This document shows, piece by piece, positions 45,480-55,189 of a stretch of DNA of 64,000 bases. This DNA is from Cryomorphaceae bacterium (GTDB taxonomy: Bacteria > Bacteroidota > Bacteroidia > Flavobacteriales_D > Sanyastnellaceae): assembly GCA_016124575.1 (NCBI GenBank), contig WGNM01000005.1:20118-84117 (forward strand), given 5' to 3'. The translations under genes and the position numbers were made by a program. Under the pieces are notes generated by a model. That model worked only from the letters and a program-made list of their open reading frames with translations. It did not search any database and was not told where the DNA came from. Within the stretch, counting starts at the first letter, position 1, and each line of letters starts with the position of its first letter.

Positions 45480-46136
45480 ATGAGCACAAAACAAGCACTT
45501 CGTCATCTACACGAACTCATTCTGCTGGGGTATCGGGTTGGTCATTCCTTTTGTCTGACCCTTTTGCTATTGGCCTTCTATCCCGCCAACTCCCAAGTGG
45601 ATGATGATGCTTTATTGAATAACATGCAACCCACGGATACCATTCTTTCTGAAATCCAATTAACCGATACCATCGATTTGACGCGTGCAGGTCTGTGGCA
45701 AATAGATGACTACAAAATATACGTCGAACTAAAATCCATTGAGGAGTATTTGACGCTGAACTACGAATCAATGATTAGAAACAATGAAACGACGGTGTTT
45801 ACAGACTCTGTGTACCAAAAACGTTGCGTTCAATATGCGGAACTTCACAAAACAGCCCTCGATCAAGTTCAACAGGCGGAGAATGGATTCGACCTGAGAA
45901 ATTTGAAGTTGTATTTTTGGATGGATAAAGTGGATTCGAAAACTCAATCGCATGACATTGAAATGGTTGTGCGGCAGGCGGTTCTGAGCGGACAAGCAGC
46001 AGTGATCTATCAGGATAAGCGGATTTTTAAACTCAAAACATTGGTGGTCGCTGACTATGTTATGTCGTGCATTGCGATTTATGCTGATCATCAAGATTAC
46101 CCCATGTATAAGTATATAGGTCACATACATTGGTAA
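45480..46136 (+). CDS. Hypothetical protein with an N-terminal signal/anchor
   Basis: 218-aa ORF with a hydrophobic N-terminus (FCLTLLLLAFYPANSQ). No family recognised. Confidence 0.4.
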   Translation: MSTKQALRHLHELILLGYRVGHSFCLTLLLLAFYPANSQVDDDALLNNMQPTDTILSEIQLTDTIDLTRAGLWQIDDYKIYVELKSIEEYLTLNYESMIRNNETTVFTDSVYQKRCVQYAELHKTALDQVQQAENGFDLRNLKLYFWMDKVDSKTQSHDIEMVVRQAVLSGQAAVIYQDKRIFKLKTLVVADYVMSCIAIYADHQDYPMYKYIGHIHW

Positions 46137-46236
46137 TGGTTGAGAATTTAGCCAACCATTGGTAACAGGGATTATTTTTATAAGGTCAGTCTACTCATTT
46201 TCCCATTTCAACTACTTTTACCGCAAACGTTGTCCT

Positions 46237-47286
46237 ATGTACGTCCAAAGACGGTTTCCCTTCAAAAGTGTTTTGATGTGGACCAAAAGAGAGATTATCT
46301 TCTTCACCATTCTTTCTGCGGTCTTCACAATTGCCTTTGAGCTGCTGAATATCAAATGGTTACAGGTTCCTCTCGCTCCGGTAGGGTTGATAGGCACTGC
46401 TGTAGCATTTATGGTGGGTTTTCAAAACAACGCAGCGTACGACCGCATTTGGGAGGCCAGAAAGGTTTGGGGCGGCATCGTCAATACCTCACGATCGTTT
46501 GTGATTACGGTGAAAGACAGTTTTTATATCCACAATGCTGCCGCGGCAAATGATGAAACGGAAACGTTGAAAATCATTACACACCGACATGTGGCGTGGC
46601 TAACAGCGCTGCGGTATGCGTTGCGGACAAAAAAATCGTGGGAAACGTCGTATGAGGATATGCATGCGAAAGTTTCGTTTGCCTACAACGTCCCAGAATT
46701 TACCTCTTCCCTCGAAACCGAACTGGCGCCCCACCTTTCCAAAGAAGAATTTGACTATGTCATGTCGATGGAGAATAAACCGAATGCCATCATTAGCCTA
46801 CAATCCAAGCATCTTCGCCAGCTAACCGATGAGAAAAAGATATGGGATTTCTCCCTGCTCAATCTCCAGCAAATGCTGAAAGAGCTTACCGAGCAACAGG
46901 GCAAGGCTGAACGCATCAAGAACTTCCCGTACCCCAAGCAATACGGGAGCATCGGTTATCACTTCGTACATATTTTTATGTGGCTTATTCCCATGGCCAT
47001 TATTCCGTCTTTCTCTGAAATGGGTGCTTCCATTGCGCAAACGCATCCACTTGTGGGTAATTATTTTATTTGGATGAGCATTCCTTTTGCTACCATCGTT
47101 ATCTGGGTCTTCAATACCATGCTACGCATCGGTTTGGCGGGAGAAAATCCGTTTGAAGGTTCTCCCAACGATATTCCAATTTCGAATATTTCTAGAGGTA
47201 TCACGCGCGATATCCTCCAGCTGATCAATGAAGATCCTGCGAAAATCCCTCCACCTTTCGAAAATATCAACCACATCCAAATGTAA
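46237..47286 (+). CDS. Bestrophin/UPF0187 (YneE-like) membrane channel family protein
   Basis: TM helices at the N-terminus and near residue 260, plus a C-terminal GENPFEGSPNDIP motif resembling the bestrophin-family E.PFG...NDLP. Start chosen at MYVQRRFPF. Confidence 0.6.
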   Translation: MYVQRRFPFKSVLMWTKREIIFFTILSAVFTIAFELLNIKWLQVPLAPVGLIGTAVAFMVGFQNNAAYDRIWEARKVWGGIVNTSRSFVITVKDSFYIHNAAAANDETETLKIITHRHVAWLTALRYALRTKKSWETSYEDMHAKVSFAYNVPEFTSSLETELAPHLSKEEFDYVMSMENKPNAIISLQSKHLRQLTDEKKIWDFSLLNLQQMLKELTEQQGKAERIKNFPYPKQYGSIGYHFVHIFMWLIPMAIIPSFSEMGASIAQTHPLVGNYFIWMSIPFATIVIWVFNTMLRIGLAGENPFEGSPNDIPISNISRGITRDILQLINEDPAKIPPPFENINHIQM

Positions 47287-47353
47287 CTCCAACTTCTGTC
47301 TGCTCTAAACATGTAGCACTGTTGTTTGTCAGATTTGATGGTCTTTTTATGCT

Positions 47354-47830
47354 GTGCTTCAATCTATTTCCTACCTTAGTGTCGAAAATACACTTACCGA
47401 CAAATTGGAAAAGAAAGCACTCAAAAACGCAGTCGATGCGAACGGAAATGCGGCGTCGCCCGTATTGGCCGATGGGGTTAAAAACTACCTTATCGACATC
47501 GATGGCACCATCACAGAGGATGTCCCTAACGAACAACCTGAGCGCATGGCACTGGTCGAACCTTTTCCCGATGCCCTCGAAATTCTGAACAAATGGTACG
47601 ATGAAGGCCACATCATCTTTTTCTTTACATCGCGCACCGAAGCACACCGCGAAATAACCGAAACGTGGCTCAACAAGCACGGCTTCAAGTACCACGGCAT
47701 GGTGATGGGCAAACCCCGCGGCGGCAACTACCACTGGATAGACAACCACCTCGTTCGCGCTACCCGTTTTGAAGGCAAATTCACTGATTTGGTGGTCGAA
47801 AAACACGAAATTGAGGTGTTTAAGAAGTAA
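47354..47830 (+). CDS. HAD-superfamily phosphatase-like protein
   Basis: Motif I LIDIDGT, motif II FFFTSR, then GKPRGG ... WIDN. Confidence 0.65.
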   Translation: MLQSISYLSVENTLTDKLEKKALKNAVDANGNAASPVLADGVKNYLIDIDGTITEDVPNEQPERMALVEPFPDALEILNKWYDEGHIIFFFTSRTEAHREITETWLNKHGFKYHGMVMGKPRGGNYHWIDNHLVRATRFEGKFTDLVVEKHEIEVFKK

Positions 47831-47851
47831 AATCTGCTGCTTTTCTAAGCT

Positions 47852-47888
47852 CTTCTTCTTCGTGCGCGCGGCACGGATGTAGATGTCC
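47852..47888. repeat. Repeat family R3, copy a
   Basis: CTTCTTCTTCGTGCGCGCGGCACGGATGT followed by AGATGTCC. It matches 52541-52569 at 28 of 29 positions. Confidence 0.8.
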
Positions 47889-48166
47889 TGCACCCAATCA
47901 TGTGGCTGCTTTTTGAAAAACATCGATTTCCCGACATTTTTTGTTGAAGCATGATAGCTTGGGTTATTCATTTTAGAAAGAGGCAATGAATAAACTTTTT
48001 ATGGATCAGTTTCAAATCATCTTCACCACCGTCTCTCATTCAACGTTTTGGATGGATTTTAGAAAGTATTGAATCGATCTGAAGGTTTGAAACGATCGCT
48101 TCTGATCTACGTTATTTTTGGCCACTATGAATGATTGAACTATCTTTAAAGGTTGATCTATTGCTT

Positions 48167-48586
48167 ATGCAACAACGAATCGCACACATCGCCCTGGTAG
48201 TAAAAGACTACGATGAAGCCATTGAGTTTTACACTCAAAAGTTGGATTTTGTGTTGGTTGAAGACACCAAAATCGATGAACATAAACGATGGGTGATGGT
48301 GGCCCCACATGGGGCAAAAGAATGCTGTTTGCTGTTGGCAAAAGCCTCCAATGAACAACAACTGCAAAGTGTGGGAAATCAAACGGGTGGAAGAGTTGGA
48401 TTCTTTCTCTTTACCGATGATTTTTGGAGAGACTATCACAAAATGATCGAACGAGAAATCAACTTCGTACGTCCTCCCACCGAATTCAACTACGGCACCG
48501 TCGCTGTTTTCGAAGATTTATATGGAAATATGTGGGATTTTATCGAACCAAATGAAAATAACAAGGGGTTGATGGCTAAGTTTTAA
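48167..48586 (+). CDS. VOC-family protein (glyoxalase/bleomycin-resistance fold)
   Basis: IAHIALVVKDYDEAIEFYTQKLDF ... FEDLYGNMWDF. Confidence 0.82.
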   Translation: MQQRIAHIALVVKDYDEAIEFYTQKLDFVLVEDTKIDEHKRWVMVAPHGAKECCLLLAKASNEQQLQSVGNQTGGRVGFFLFTDDFWRDYHKMIEREINFVRPPTEFNYGTVAVFEDLYGNMWDFIEPNENNKGLMAKF

Positions 48587-48715
48587 TGCTGAGATGGTGT
48601 TTTTCTGAGGCTTTAAAATGCGAACGTTCCCAGCTAGTTTCTATCAAGTTGCAGTCTTTCTTTATAGCTTTGAGGGATATATATTGGAACAAATCGTTGT
48701 AATTGCCCACCGCAC

Positions 48716-49894
48716 ATGCAATCCGTACTTTCATTTTTGCTCATCGTCCTGATTTCTTCATTTGCTTTACATTCGAAGGCTCAGGAAGTTATTTTTGGAA
48801 CCAACAATTACATCGAATACCAAGTCGGAACCCTTCCGCTGGTGATCTCTGTTCCGCACGGAGGCGATTTAGATCCTGCAAGCATTCCTGACAGAACATG
48901 CAACGACCCTGTGTATGCCACGGATGCTTTTACCATAGAAACAGCTCTAGAGATTAAAAATGCCCTGTTTTCAGCTACTGGATGCTATCCCCATATCGTG
49001 ATTTCGCATTTGGAACGAGCGAAATTGGATCCAAACCGGAATGTTGCTGACGGTGCTTGCGAAAACCCAGAGGCCATGGCAGCATGGACAGAGTTTCATG
49101 GTTTTATAGCAGATGCCCGCGAGGCAGTGAATCAACAATACGATAGTCAAACTTTTTTTGTCGATTTACACGGACATGGCAATCCCATTCAGCGAATCGA
49201 GTTGGGGTACCTGTTGTACGATGATGAGTTGGAACTGTCAGACAATACCTTGAATACCGCCCAATATATCAACTACAGCTCTATCCAAAATTTAGCGCTC
49301 AACAATGTGAACAATTACACCCACGCTCAATTGCTGCGCGGACCCTTTGCTTTTGGTACTTTTTTATCGAATCTCAATTACCCTGCTGTACCCAGTGAGA
49401 GCATACCATCGCCAGGAACCACCACAAATTACTTCAGCGGAGGCTACATTACTGCCAATCATACCTGTTACAATCCATCGGCTCCCATAAACGGTTTGCA
49501 GATGGAGTTGAACTATGGCAACGTGAGAGACACTCCCGCCAATAGATCAGCTTTTGCACTTGCATTCACACAATCGGTCATCGGTTATATGGACAAACAT
49601 TTTAACCTCAGTTGGGGAGCTTGTGAGCCCGTTTCGGTTAACGAGTCTGCGAATAGTGAAAGGAATTTGGTTTACCCCAATCCAGCAACCAAGGGCAGTT
49701 TGATTCATTTTGATTTACCAAGTGACAGCAGCTATCTTTACCGCATTGTCAATGTTTTCGGACAATCGGTATCGTCCGGCGAGTTGAATGCACAACATAC
49801 CCTGCAGTCAGAAGCCTTCCCTTCGGGTGTCTACATTGTAGAAATTGTCAATGAAAGTCAAGTTGTTTCAACTAAAAAATTAGTTATTGAGTAA
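48716..49894 (+). CDS. Secreted N-formylglutamate-amidohydrolase-like (FGase-fold) protein with a T9SS type-A sorting domain
   Basis: Signal peptide. VISVPHGG ... FFVDLHGHG resembles the PF05013 metal-site motifs. The C-terminus reads VYPNPATKGSLIHF...GVYIVEIV. Confidence 0.6.
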   Translation: MQSVLSFLLIVLISSFALHSKAQEVIFGTNNYIEYQVGTLPLVISVPHGGDLDPASIPDRTCNDPVYATDAFTIETALEIKNALFSATGCYPHIVISHLERAKLDPNRNVADGACENPEAMAAWTEFHGFIADAREAVNQQYDSQTFFVDLHGHGNPIQRIELGYLLYDDELELSDNTLNTAQYINYSSIQNLALNNVNNYTHAQLLRGPFAFGTFLSNLNYPAVPSESIPSPGTTTNYFSGGYITANHTCYNPSAPINGLQMELNYGNVRDTPANRSAFALAFTQSVIGYMDKHFNLSWGACEPVSVNESANSERNLVYPNPATKGSLIHFDLPSDSSYLYRIVNVFGQSVSSGELNAQHTLQSEAFPSGVYIVEIVNESQVVSTKKLVIE

Positions 49895-50015
49895 TGTCCG
49901 ATTAAATGCGGTTAAAACATAAAGATAAGTAACTGATATTTAATATGATAATTCAATTATGTCGTTAGGGTTTTCAGCGTTTCAGCTGTAGTACATATCA
50001 AATGATCTTCAACCG

Positions 50016-52508
50016 ATGTCTGCAAAATACGCCCTACTAATTTGCATGCTTCTTATTTTTACCCAATCTACTGTCTGTCAGGAGGTTTCGGTGTTGAACT
50101 ACTCGGTAGATAGTAACGGGCAGGTTTTGCTTGAAGTAGATGCAGATTTGGGCAGGTATTATCTTTTGCAGGTGCGGCATCATCCAGATTCGCTTTTTGA
50201 GCAATTTACGTCTATGACTTTGGGGCAGGAAGGCACCACCACGCTTACAGAACCCTTGCGAGCTTATCCCGAAAATCATTACCGTGTGCTTTCCTTTCCC
50301 CTGAGCAATCCTACCGATTCCGACAACGATGGAATCGATGATTTAGTTGAATTTCAAATGGTGCCTGGCACCGCACCGTTCAATGCAGCACCATCAGTTT
50401 TGTTGGAACAGGGAATGGTCATCTTGAATGAGGAGTCAGACTTTCATACAGTGGCTATCACAGAGAACAACACTCCATGGGTGGGGTACTTAGACGATGT
50501 AGAATTTACCAAATTCATCATCGAAGATTTCGATACGAATTCCCCTAAATTATACTTCATGAATTGCAATACGTTTCCGCTTCACTCGTCGTTTGCAAGT
50601 TTCATGGGAATTGATCACACAGCACCATCGGTGAAGAAAGGACAGATCATGTACAATCCATCGGCGTTAGCCAACAACGGAACACTTGGTGCGTATACAT
50701 TCAACTTTAGCAGCAATGGATTGGTAGAAGAGTTTGATGTAATTCAGCGTACACATGAACTGTTGGCTGCCAATATGCCCTTTGTCATCAACAACTTATC
50801 GTACCTGCTTACTGAGAATGATGAAGACTATTATTTCGAACATGAGACGCTTTTCTTTGAATCACGCGTTCCGGTCCTCTTCGATTCAGACGCCTACGCA
50901 GGAATAAACTATTGGGGTTTAAATCAGGCCGAGGGCTATGGCTTTTTCCGCCTCATGGCGCCTGGAGAAGTTCCAAATCCAAAAGACATTGTACTCTATG
51001 AGTCTATTCCCAACGTTTTGCCTCATGTCGGTGGAATACTCACTTCCATCATTCAAACACCCCTGTCGCATGTCAATTTAAGAGCTATTCAAGACCATAT
51101 ACCGAATGCTTATATCCGCGATCCGCTTGAGGAAGAAGAGATTTCGGAACTTATTGGACATTACATTTACTTCAAGGCAGGACAAAGCAGTTATGAGATC
51201 CGCGAGGCTACACTTGAAGAGGTGAATGCCTGGTACGAGAGCATCCGTCCGAACAATGAGCAAATACCATTGCTTGATTTATCGCACACATCCATTCTGC
51301 CGCTTGATGAAATCAACTTCAACATGCACGGTGGATTTGGAGCGAAAACGGCGAATGTGGCTACTATGCGGACGTTCGGATTTGCCCCAGGGACCATTCC
51401 GAATGGATTTGGAATCCCATTTTACTACTACCAGCAGTTTATGGAATACAATGCGTTTTTCGATGAGGTTGATGAAATGCTAGTTGATACACTTTTTTAT
51501 GCAGATCGAAACATTCGTGCATACCGATTGGCGCAGTTTCGGAATCAAATTGAAGCAGGTGAAATGCCTCAATGGATGCTAGATTCTTTATCGCAAATGC
51601 ACAGCTCTTTTCCTCTTGGAACCTCTGTTCGCTGTCGATCAAGCACCAACAATGAAGATCTGCCTGAGTTTAGCGGTGCAGGACTATATGATTCCAAAAC
51701 ACATCACCCCAATGAAGGACATATATCCAAAACTATCAAAGAAATTTTCGCGAGTTTGTGGAATTTACGGGCTTTCGATGAACGAGAGTTTTACCGCATC
51801 AACCACTATCAATCATCCATGGGTGTCTTGTGTCACCCTAACTTCGAAGATGAACTCGTGAATGGGGTAGGGGTGAGCACCGATCCCTTTTATACCACTG
51901 AAAGCACGTTTTACTTGAATTCGCAGCTTGGTGAAGATCTCATAACCAATCCTGGAACTACCTTCCCCGAAGAAATGCTCGTCAACCGCTATGCAAGCGA
52001 GGTTGGCGACTATGCCATCATCCAGTATTCCAGTCTTATTGAAGAAGATACCTTGCTCATGAGCTTCATTCAACTTGATCTCCTGCGCCAGTATTTGTCG
52101 AGAATACATGATGAATTTGCAGTGCTATACAACGCTCAAAACAACAGCACTTTCGCCATGGATATTGAGTTTAAAATCACAAGTGAAAACAAGTTAATCA
52201 TCAAACAAGCACGGCCATGGGTCACGTTCAAACCTTCACCTACAGTAATTTTCCCTGTGAATGATTGCGGTGCGTATCTATTTCCCAATCCAGCAACAGA
52301 CATACTCAACATTGTCTCCCAAACAAGCGAGAAAACAACTATCCGGATTTACAATCTCAACGGCGTCCTCATGCGCGAGCAAATAGCCAATTCGCTCAAT
52401 ATCATGCCCTTTCAAATAGATATCCGCTCTTTCCCTCAGGGAGTTTACTTCGTTACCGGCTTATCGTCACAAGGTCACTGCAACACGATGAAATTCATCA
52501 AGCAATAA
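50016..52508 (+). CDS. Secreted PEP/pyruvate-binding (PPDK_N ATP-grasp) domain protein with a T9SS type-A sorting domain
   Basis: Signal peptide and about 430 aa of unassigned N-terminal region. PPDK_N-type blocks follow (FGAKTANVATM, RSSTNNEDLPEFSGAGLYDS, ASLWNLRAF, MGVLCHPNF...NGVGVSTDP, LIIKQARPW). The C-terminus reads LFPNPATDILNI...GVYFVTG. Confidence 0.75.
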   Translation: MSAKYALLICMLLIFTQSTVCQEVSVLNYSVDSNGQVLLEVDADLGRYYLLQVRHHPDSLFEQFTSMTLGQEGTTTLTEPLRAYPENHYRVLSFPLSNPTDSDNDGIDDLVEFQMVPGTAPFNAAPSVLLEQGMVILNEESDFHTVAITENNTPWVGYLDDVEFTKFIIEDFDTNSPKLYFMNCNTFPLHSSFASFMGIDHTAPSVKKGQIMYNPSALANNGTLGAYTFNFSSNGLVEEFDVIQRTHELLAANMPFVINNLSYLLTENDEDYYFEHETLFFESRVPVLFDSDAYAGINYWGLNQAEGYGFFRLMAPGEVPNPKDIVLYESIPNVLPHVGGILTSIIQTPLSHVNLRAIQDHIPNAYIRDPLEEEEISELIGHYIYFKAGQSSYEIREATLEEVNAWYESIRPNNEQIPLLDLSHTSILPLDEINFNMHGGFGAKTANVATMRTFGFAPGTIPNGFGIPFYYYQQFMEYNAFFDEVDEMLVDTLFYADRNIRAYRLAQFRNQIEAGEMPQWMLDSLSQMHSSFPLGTSVRCRSSTNNEDLPEFSGAGLYDSKTHHPNEGHISKTIKEIFASLWNLRAFDEREFYRINHYQSSMGVLCHPNFEDELVNGVGVSTDPFYTTESTFYLNSQLGEDLITNPGTTFPEEMLVNRYASEVGDYAIIQYSSLIEEDTLLMSFIQLDLLRQYLSRIHDEFAVLYNAQNNSTFAMDIEFKITSENKLIIKQARPWVTFKPSPTVIFPVNDCGAYLFPNPATDILNIVSQTSEKTTIRIYNLNGVLMREQIANSLNIMPFQIDIRSFPQGVYFVTGLSSQGHCNTMKFIKQ

Positions 52509-52540
52509 AGGTGGTGTTTTCGGTCTAAAACGTCTTTTTC

Positions 52541-52613
52541 CTTCTTCTTCGTGCGCACGGCACGGATGTGGAAGATTTCTTTCATCTGGCACGAGAACCA
52601 GCAATAGATGTCC
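52541..52613. repeat. Repeat family R3, copy b
   Basis: CTTCTTCTTCGTGCGCACGGCACGGATGT (52541-52569), with the AGATGTCC word displaced 36 nt downstream (52606-52613). Confidence 0.8.
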
Positions 52614-52888
52614 CTGGTTTTAAGGCAAAGATCCATTCAAAAGAAAGCTACCGAAAGCCAATCCTCACCACTTTTTTTCGATATCACTCGCGGTTACCTT
52701 CCCTCACTTCCAAAACAAGCATTTAGATGCAATGGTATTCTATATTGCTCCGTAATTATATCCGAACCAGGCTCAACCATGAAAGTGAAGGTTCTTTTAG
52801 AATTTTGGTTGCAGGCAGGTGAAAGGCTGTAGAATGATGTGAATAAACACAAAAATCCCAATCTATTAAGGAGATATGCCTAGATTAG

Positions 52889-53515
52889 ATGGAAATGAAG
52901 AAGGATAGGGAGATTGGAATAAACGCTATTTACCAAATGAGACAAATTTTGATTGTAAGCTTGTTGCTGTCGTCCATTTCAATGATCGGACAAGTTGTAT
53001 TGAGCAATCCAGATTACTATGTCTGCAACAGCGGATTGGATACCCTGTTTTTGAAAAATCTTGATTTTAGAAAAAACCAACCTTTTGGGTTTAGGCCAGC
53101 AAATACAACCAGCATAGTGGATACCATTCAACTAGATGGGAAGGGGGCGAAAGAAATTGTTTTTGAAAGAACCTACAGTGGAGTATCAGAAATAATTATG
53201 CAAGCGCATCAGTCGAAGGAGGAGACCATCATTCACAAATATGAAATATGGAATATCGATACCAAAACCCTCTTGTTTGAGTCCGTTGCATCTTATCACT
53301 TTCGCTTTGAGTATTGGAGCCTTTTGTCCGATAATTTTCCAGAAAACAATGGTTGGACAACCGGCTTTTGTGGGTATGACTATCCCTTTTCCATTGATAG
53401 CACGGGGAGAATTGAAATAGGCAAAGCGACAACAATTAGCACACAAGACGGTTGCACTCCCGACAAAGAAGAAGGCTTCTACATATTTACAGATGGACAA
53501 TACCGGAAAGAGTAG
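52889..53515 (+). CDS. Hypothetical secreted/anchored protein
   Basis: ORF with a hydrophobic N-terminus (MRQILIVSLLLSSISMIGQ, alternative start 52937). No family recognised. Confidence 0.4.
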   Translation: MEMKKDREIGINAIYQMRQILIVSLLLSSISMIGQVVLSNPDYYVCNSGLDTLFLKNLDFRKNQPFGFRPANTTSIVDTIQLDGKGAKEIVFERTYSGVSEIIMQAHQSKEETIIHKYEIWNIDTKTLLFESVASYHFRFEYWSLLSDNFPENNGWTTGFCGYDYPFSIDSTGRIEIGKATTISTQDGCTPDKEEGFYIFTDGQYRKE

Positions 53516-53800
53516 CAATAGCATTTTTTGACATTGGTTTTGCGCTTGTCGAGATGATTAAATCAATTCATAGATTCGTTCTTCAATAGTGTTTTGTTGG
53601 GTGAGGTTTTTGTGTTTTGAACACCACGACCCTTCCGCCTCCTTCACCCAGACTAGATGCTTGTACTATATCGTTTCAGGTTTTTTGATTTTTTTTTTTT
53701 ATTTTGAGATTGTTGGGGTTGGCGAGAGGTGGTGGAAGCAGAGCAGAAGAGAAGCATTTCTAGCTTTTAGGCAGTGATGGGGTACTTTTATAAGACGCAT

Positions 53801-53817
53801 TGATTGCAGTGCAATCA
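53801..53817. promoter_or_regulatory. Perfect palindrome TGATTGCA-g-TGCAATCA upstream of a sigma-factor gene
   Basis: 8-bp arms, located 35 nt upstream of the ATG at 53852. Confidence 0.35.
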
Positions 53818-53851
53818 GAGAAAATCCACTCAATTATAAAATTGAATAAAA

Positions 53852-54649
53852 ATGACCAACGAACAATTTACGACCGAGTTTGAAAAGACGAGACCGCAAT
53901 TAAAATCATACATCTTGCGGATAACAGCAAGTGTTCAAGATTCTGAGGACATTGTTCAGGATACATATGTAAAGGCTTCCATGAAAATCGAAGAATTTCG
54001 TGGCGAAAGTTCGCTTAGAACATGGATTTTCGCAATTGCATCGAATCTTGCGAAGGACAATCTCCGAGTGAAAAAACGTTGGACTGAAGATGTAACCGAC
54101 ATTTGTCGAGAGAAGGCATTGTCGAATCCGAATTATTTTCCAGAAATAATGCAGATTCAACAATCATCGGATCATGCAAACTTCGAGGTGAAAGAACATA
54201 TCAACTTTTGTCTGACATGCATTTCAAAATCGCTACCTCTCGAGCAACAGATCTGCATTCTCTTAAAGGAAGTTCACCAATTCAAAGTTTCAGAAATTAC
54301 CGAGATATTGGACATTACCGAAGCGATGGTAAAATATTATCTGCATACGGCAAGGCAGAAAATGGTGAGTATTTTTGAAGGTCGCTGTGCCTTAATCAAT
54401 AAAAATGGGACATGTCACCAATGCTCGGAACTGAATGGTATTTTTAATCCCAAACAACGTTTCGAAGAAGAGAAGAATAAAATTGAATTTGCAAAGAAAG
54501 CTGACCACCCAGACAGACAGTACTTATTGGATTTGCGACTTGAAATAGTTCGAGGTATAGATCCCTTCAACTCAGTTGGTTCGGATCTGCAACTGCACCA
54601 TTTAGAGCACAATAGAAAGGTAATGGAAAATTTTCTGGATAAAAAATGA
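53852..54649 (+). CDS. ECF-type sigma factor with a Cys-containing C-terminal extension
   Basis: Region 2 (EDIVQDTYVKA, RTWIFAIASNLAKD) and region 4 (VSEITEILDITEAMVKYYLHTARQKM). An extension of about 95 aa follows, with C-x9-C-x2-C (CALINKNGTCHQC); there is also an inter-region CLTC. Confidence 0.82.
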   Translation: MTNEQFTTEFEKTRPQLKSYILRITASVQDSEDIVQDTYVKASMKIEEFRGESSLRTWIFAIASNLAKDNLRVKKRWTEDVTDICREKALSNPNYFPEIMQIQQSSDHANFEVKEHINFCLTCISKSLPLEQQICILLKEVHQFKVSEITEILDITEAMVKYYLHTARQKMVSIFEGRCALINKNGTCHQCSELNGIFNPKQRFEEEKNKIEFAKKADHPDRQYLLDLRLEIVRGIDPFNSVGSDLQLHHLEHNRKVMENFLDKK

Positions 54650-54714
54650 CCAATTCCCTATCGTTTTGTTCGCTCAAAACGTCAAAAGTATACGAACAAA
54701 ACAAAAGCACTATT

Positions 54715-55182
54715 ATGACAAACGTAGCGTCTAACGGAAAAGCCATAACAACGAAGAAAACCTTTAGCCGAGAAACAGCGATCAGCATCGATATTCAAGC
54801 TGACAAGCACATCATTTGGGCATTGTTGTCTAATGCTAGCGACTACCCTCGGTGGAATTCAACAATAATTTCAATTGAGGGGAATATCGAAAAAGGCGAG
54901 AAAATCAGGCTTAAATCTACCCTTGACCCCAAACGGGTTTTTAAACTTTCGGTAAAGGAGTTTGAACCTGGCAGTCGATTGGTATGGGGAGATGCGATGG
55001 GAAAGCGGATTTATACCCTTCAAACAAACAGCATTGGCACAACCAACTTTTCAATGAACGAAAAAATCGGAGGTCCGATGTTTCCTTTGTTTTCTAAATT
55101 GATACCACCATTTGACCAGTCGTTCGAAAAGTTCGCAAACGACCTAAAATCTGAAGCAGAATCTATTCAAAACTCTAAATAA
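54715..55182 (+). CDS. SRPBCC-family protein
   Basis: ISIDIQADKHIIWALLSNASDYPRWNS... shows the helix-grip pattern. The ORF is open from 54646 (ATGA overlap with the sigma gene), so the start is uncertain. Confidence 0.7.
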   Translation: MTNVASNGKAITTKKTFSRETAISIDIQADKHIIWALLSNASDYPRWNSTIISIEGNIEKGEKIRLKSTLDPKRVFKLSVKEFEPGSRLVWGDAMGKRIYTLQTNSIGTTNFSMNEKIGGPMFPLFSKLIPPFDQSFEKFANDLKSEAESIQNSK

Positions 55183-55189
55183 GAACGCG

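Noticed and set aside
47267-47986. The 239-aa minus-strand ORF overlapping the HAD gene.
   Set aside because: It is antisense to a + strand ORF that carries clear HAD motifs (DIDGT, TSR, GKP...D). Its own sequence is low-complexity with no recognisable family. Only its first part (the R3 repeat region) is discussed, as a finding.
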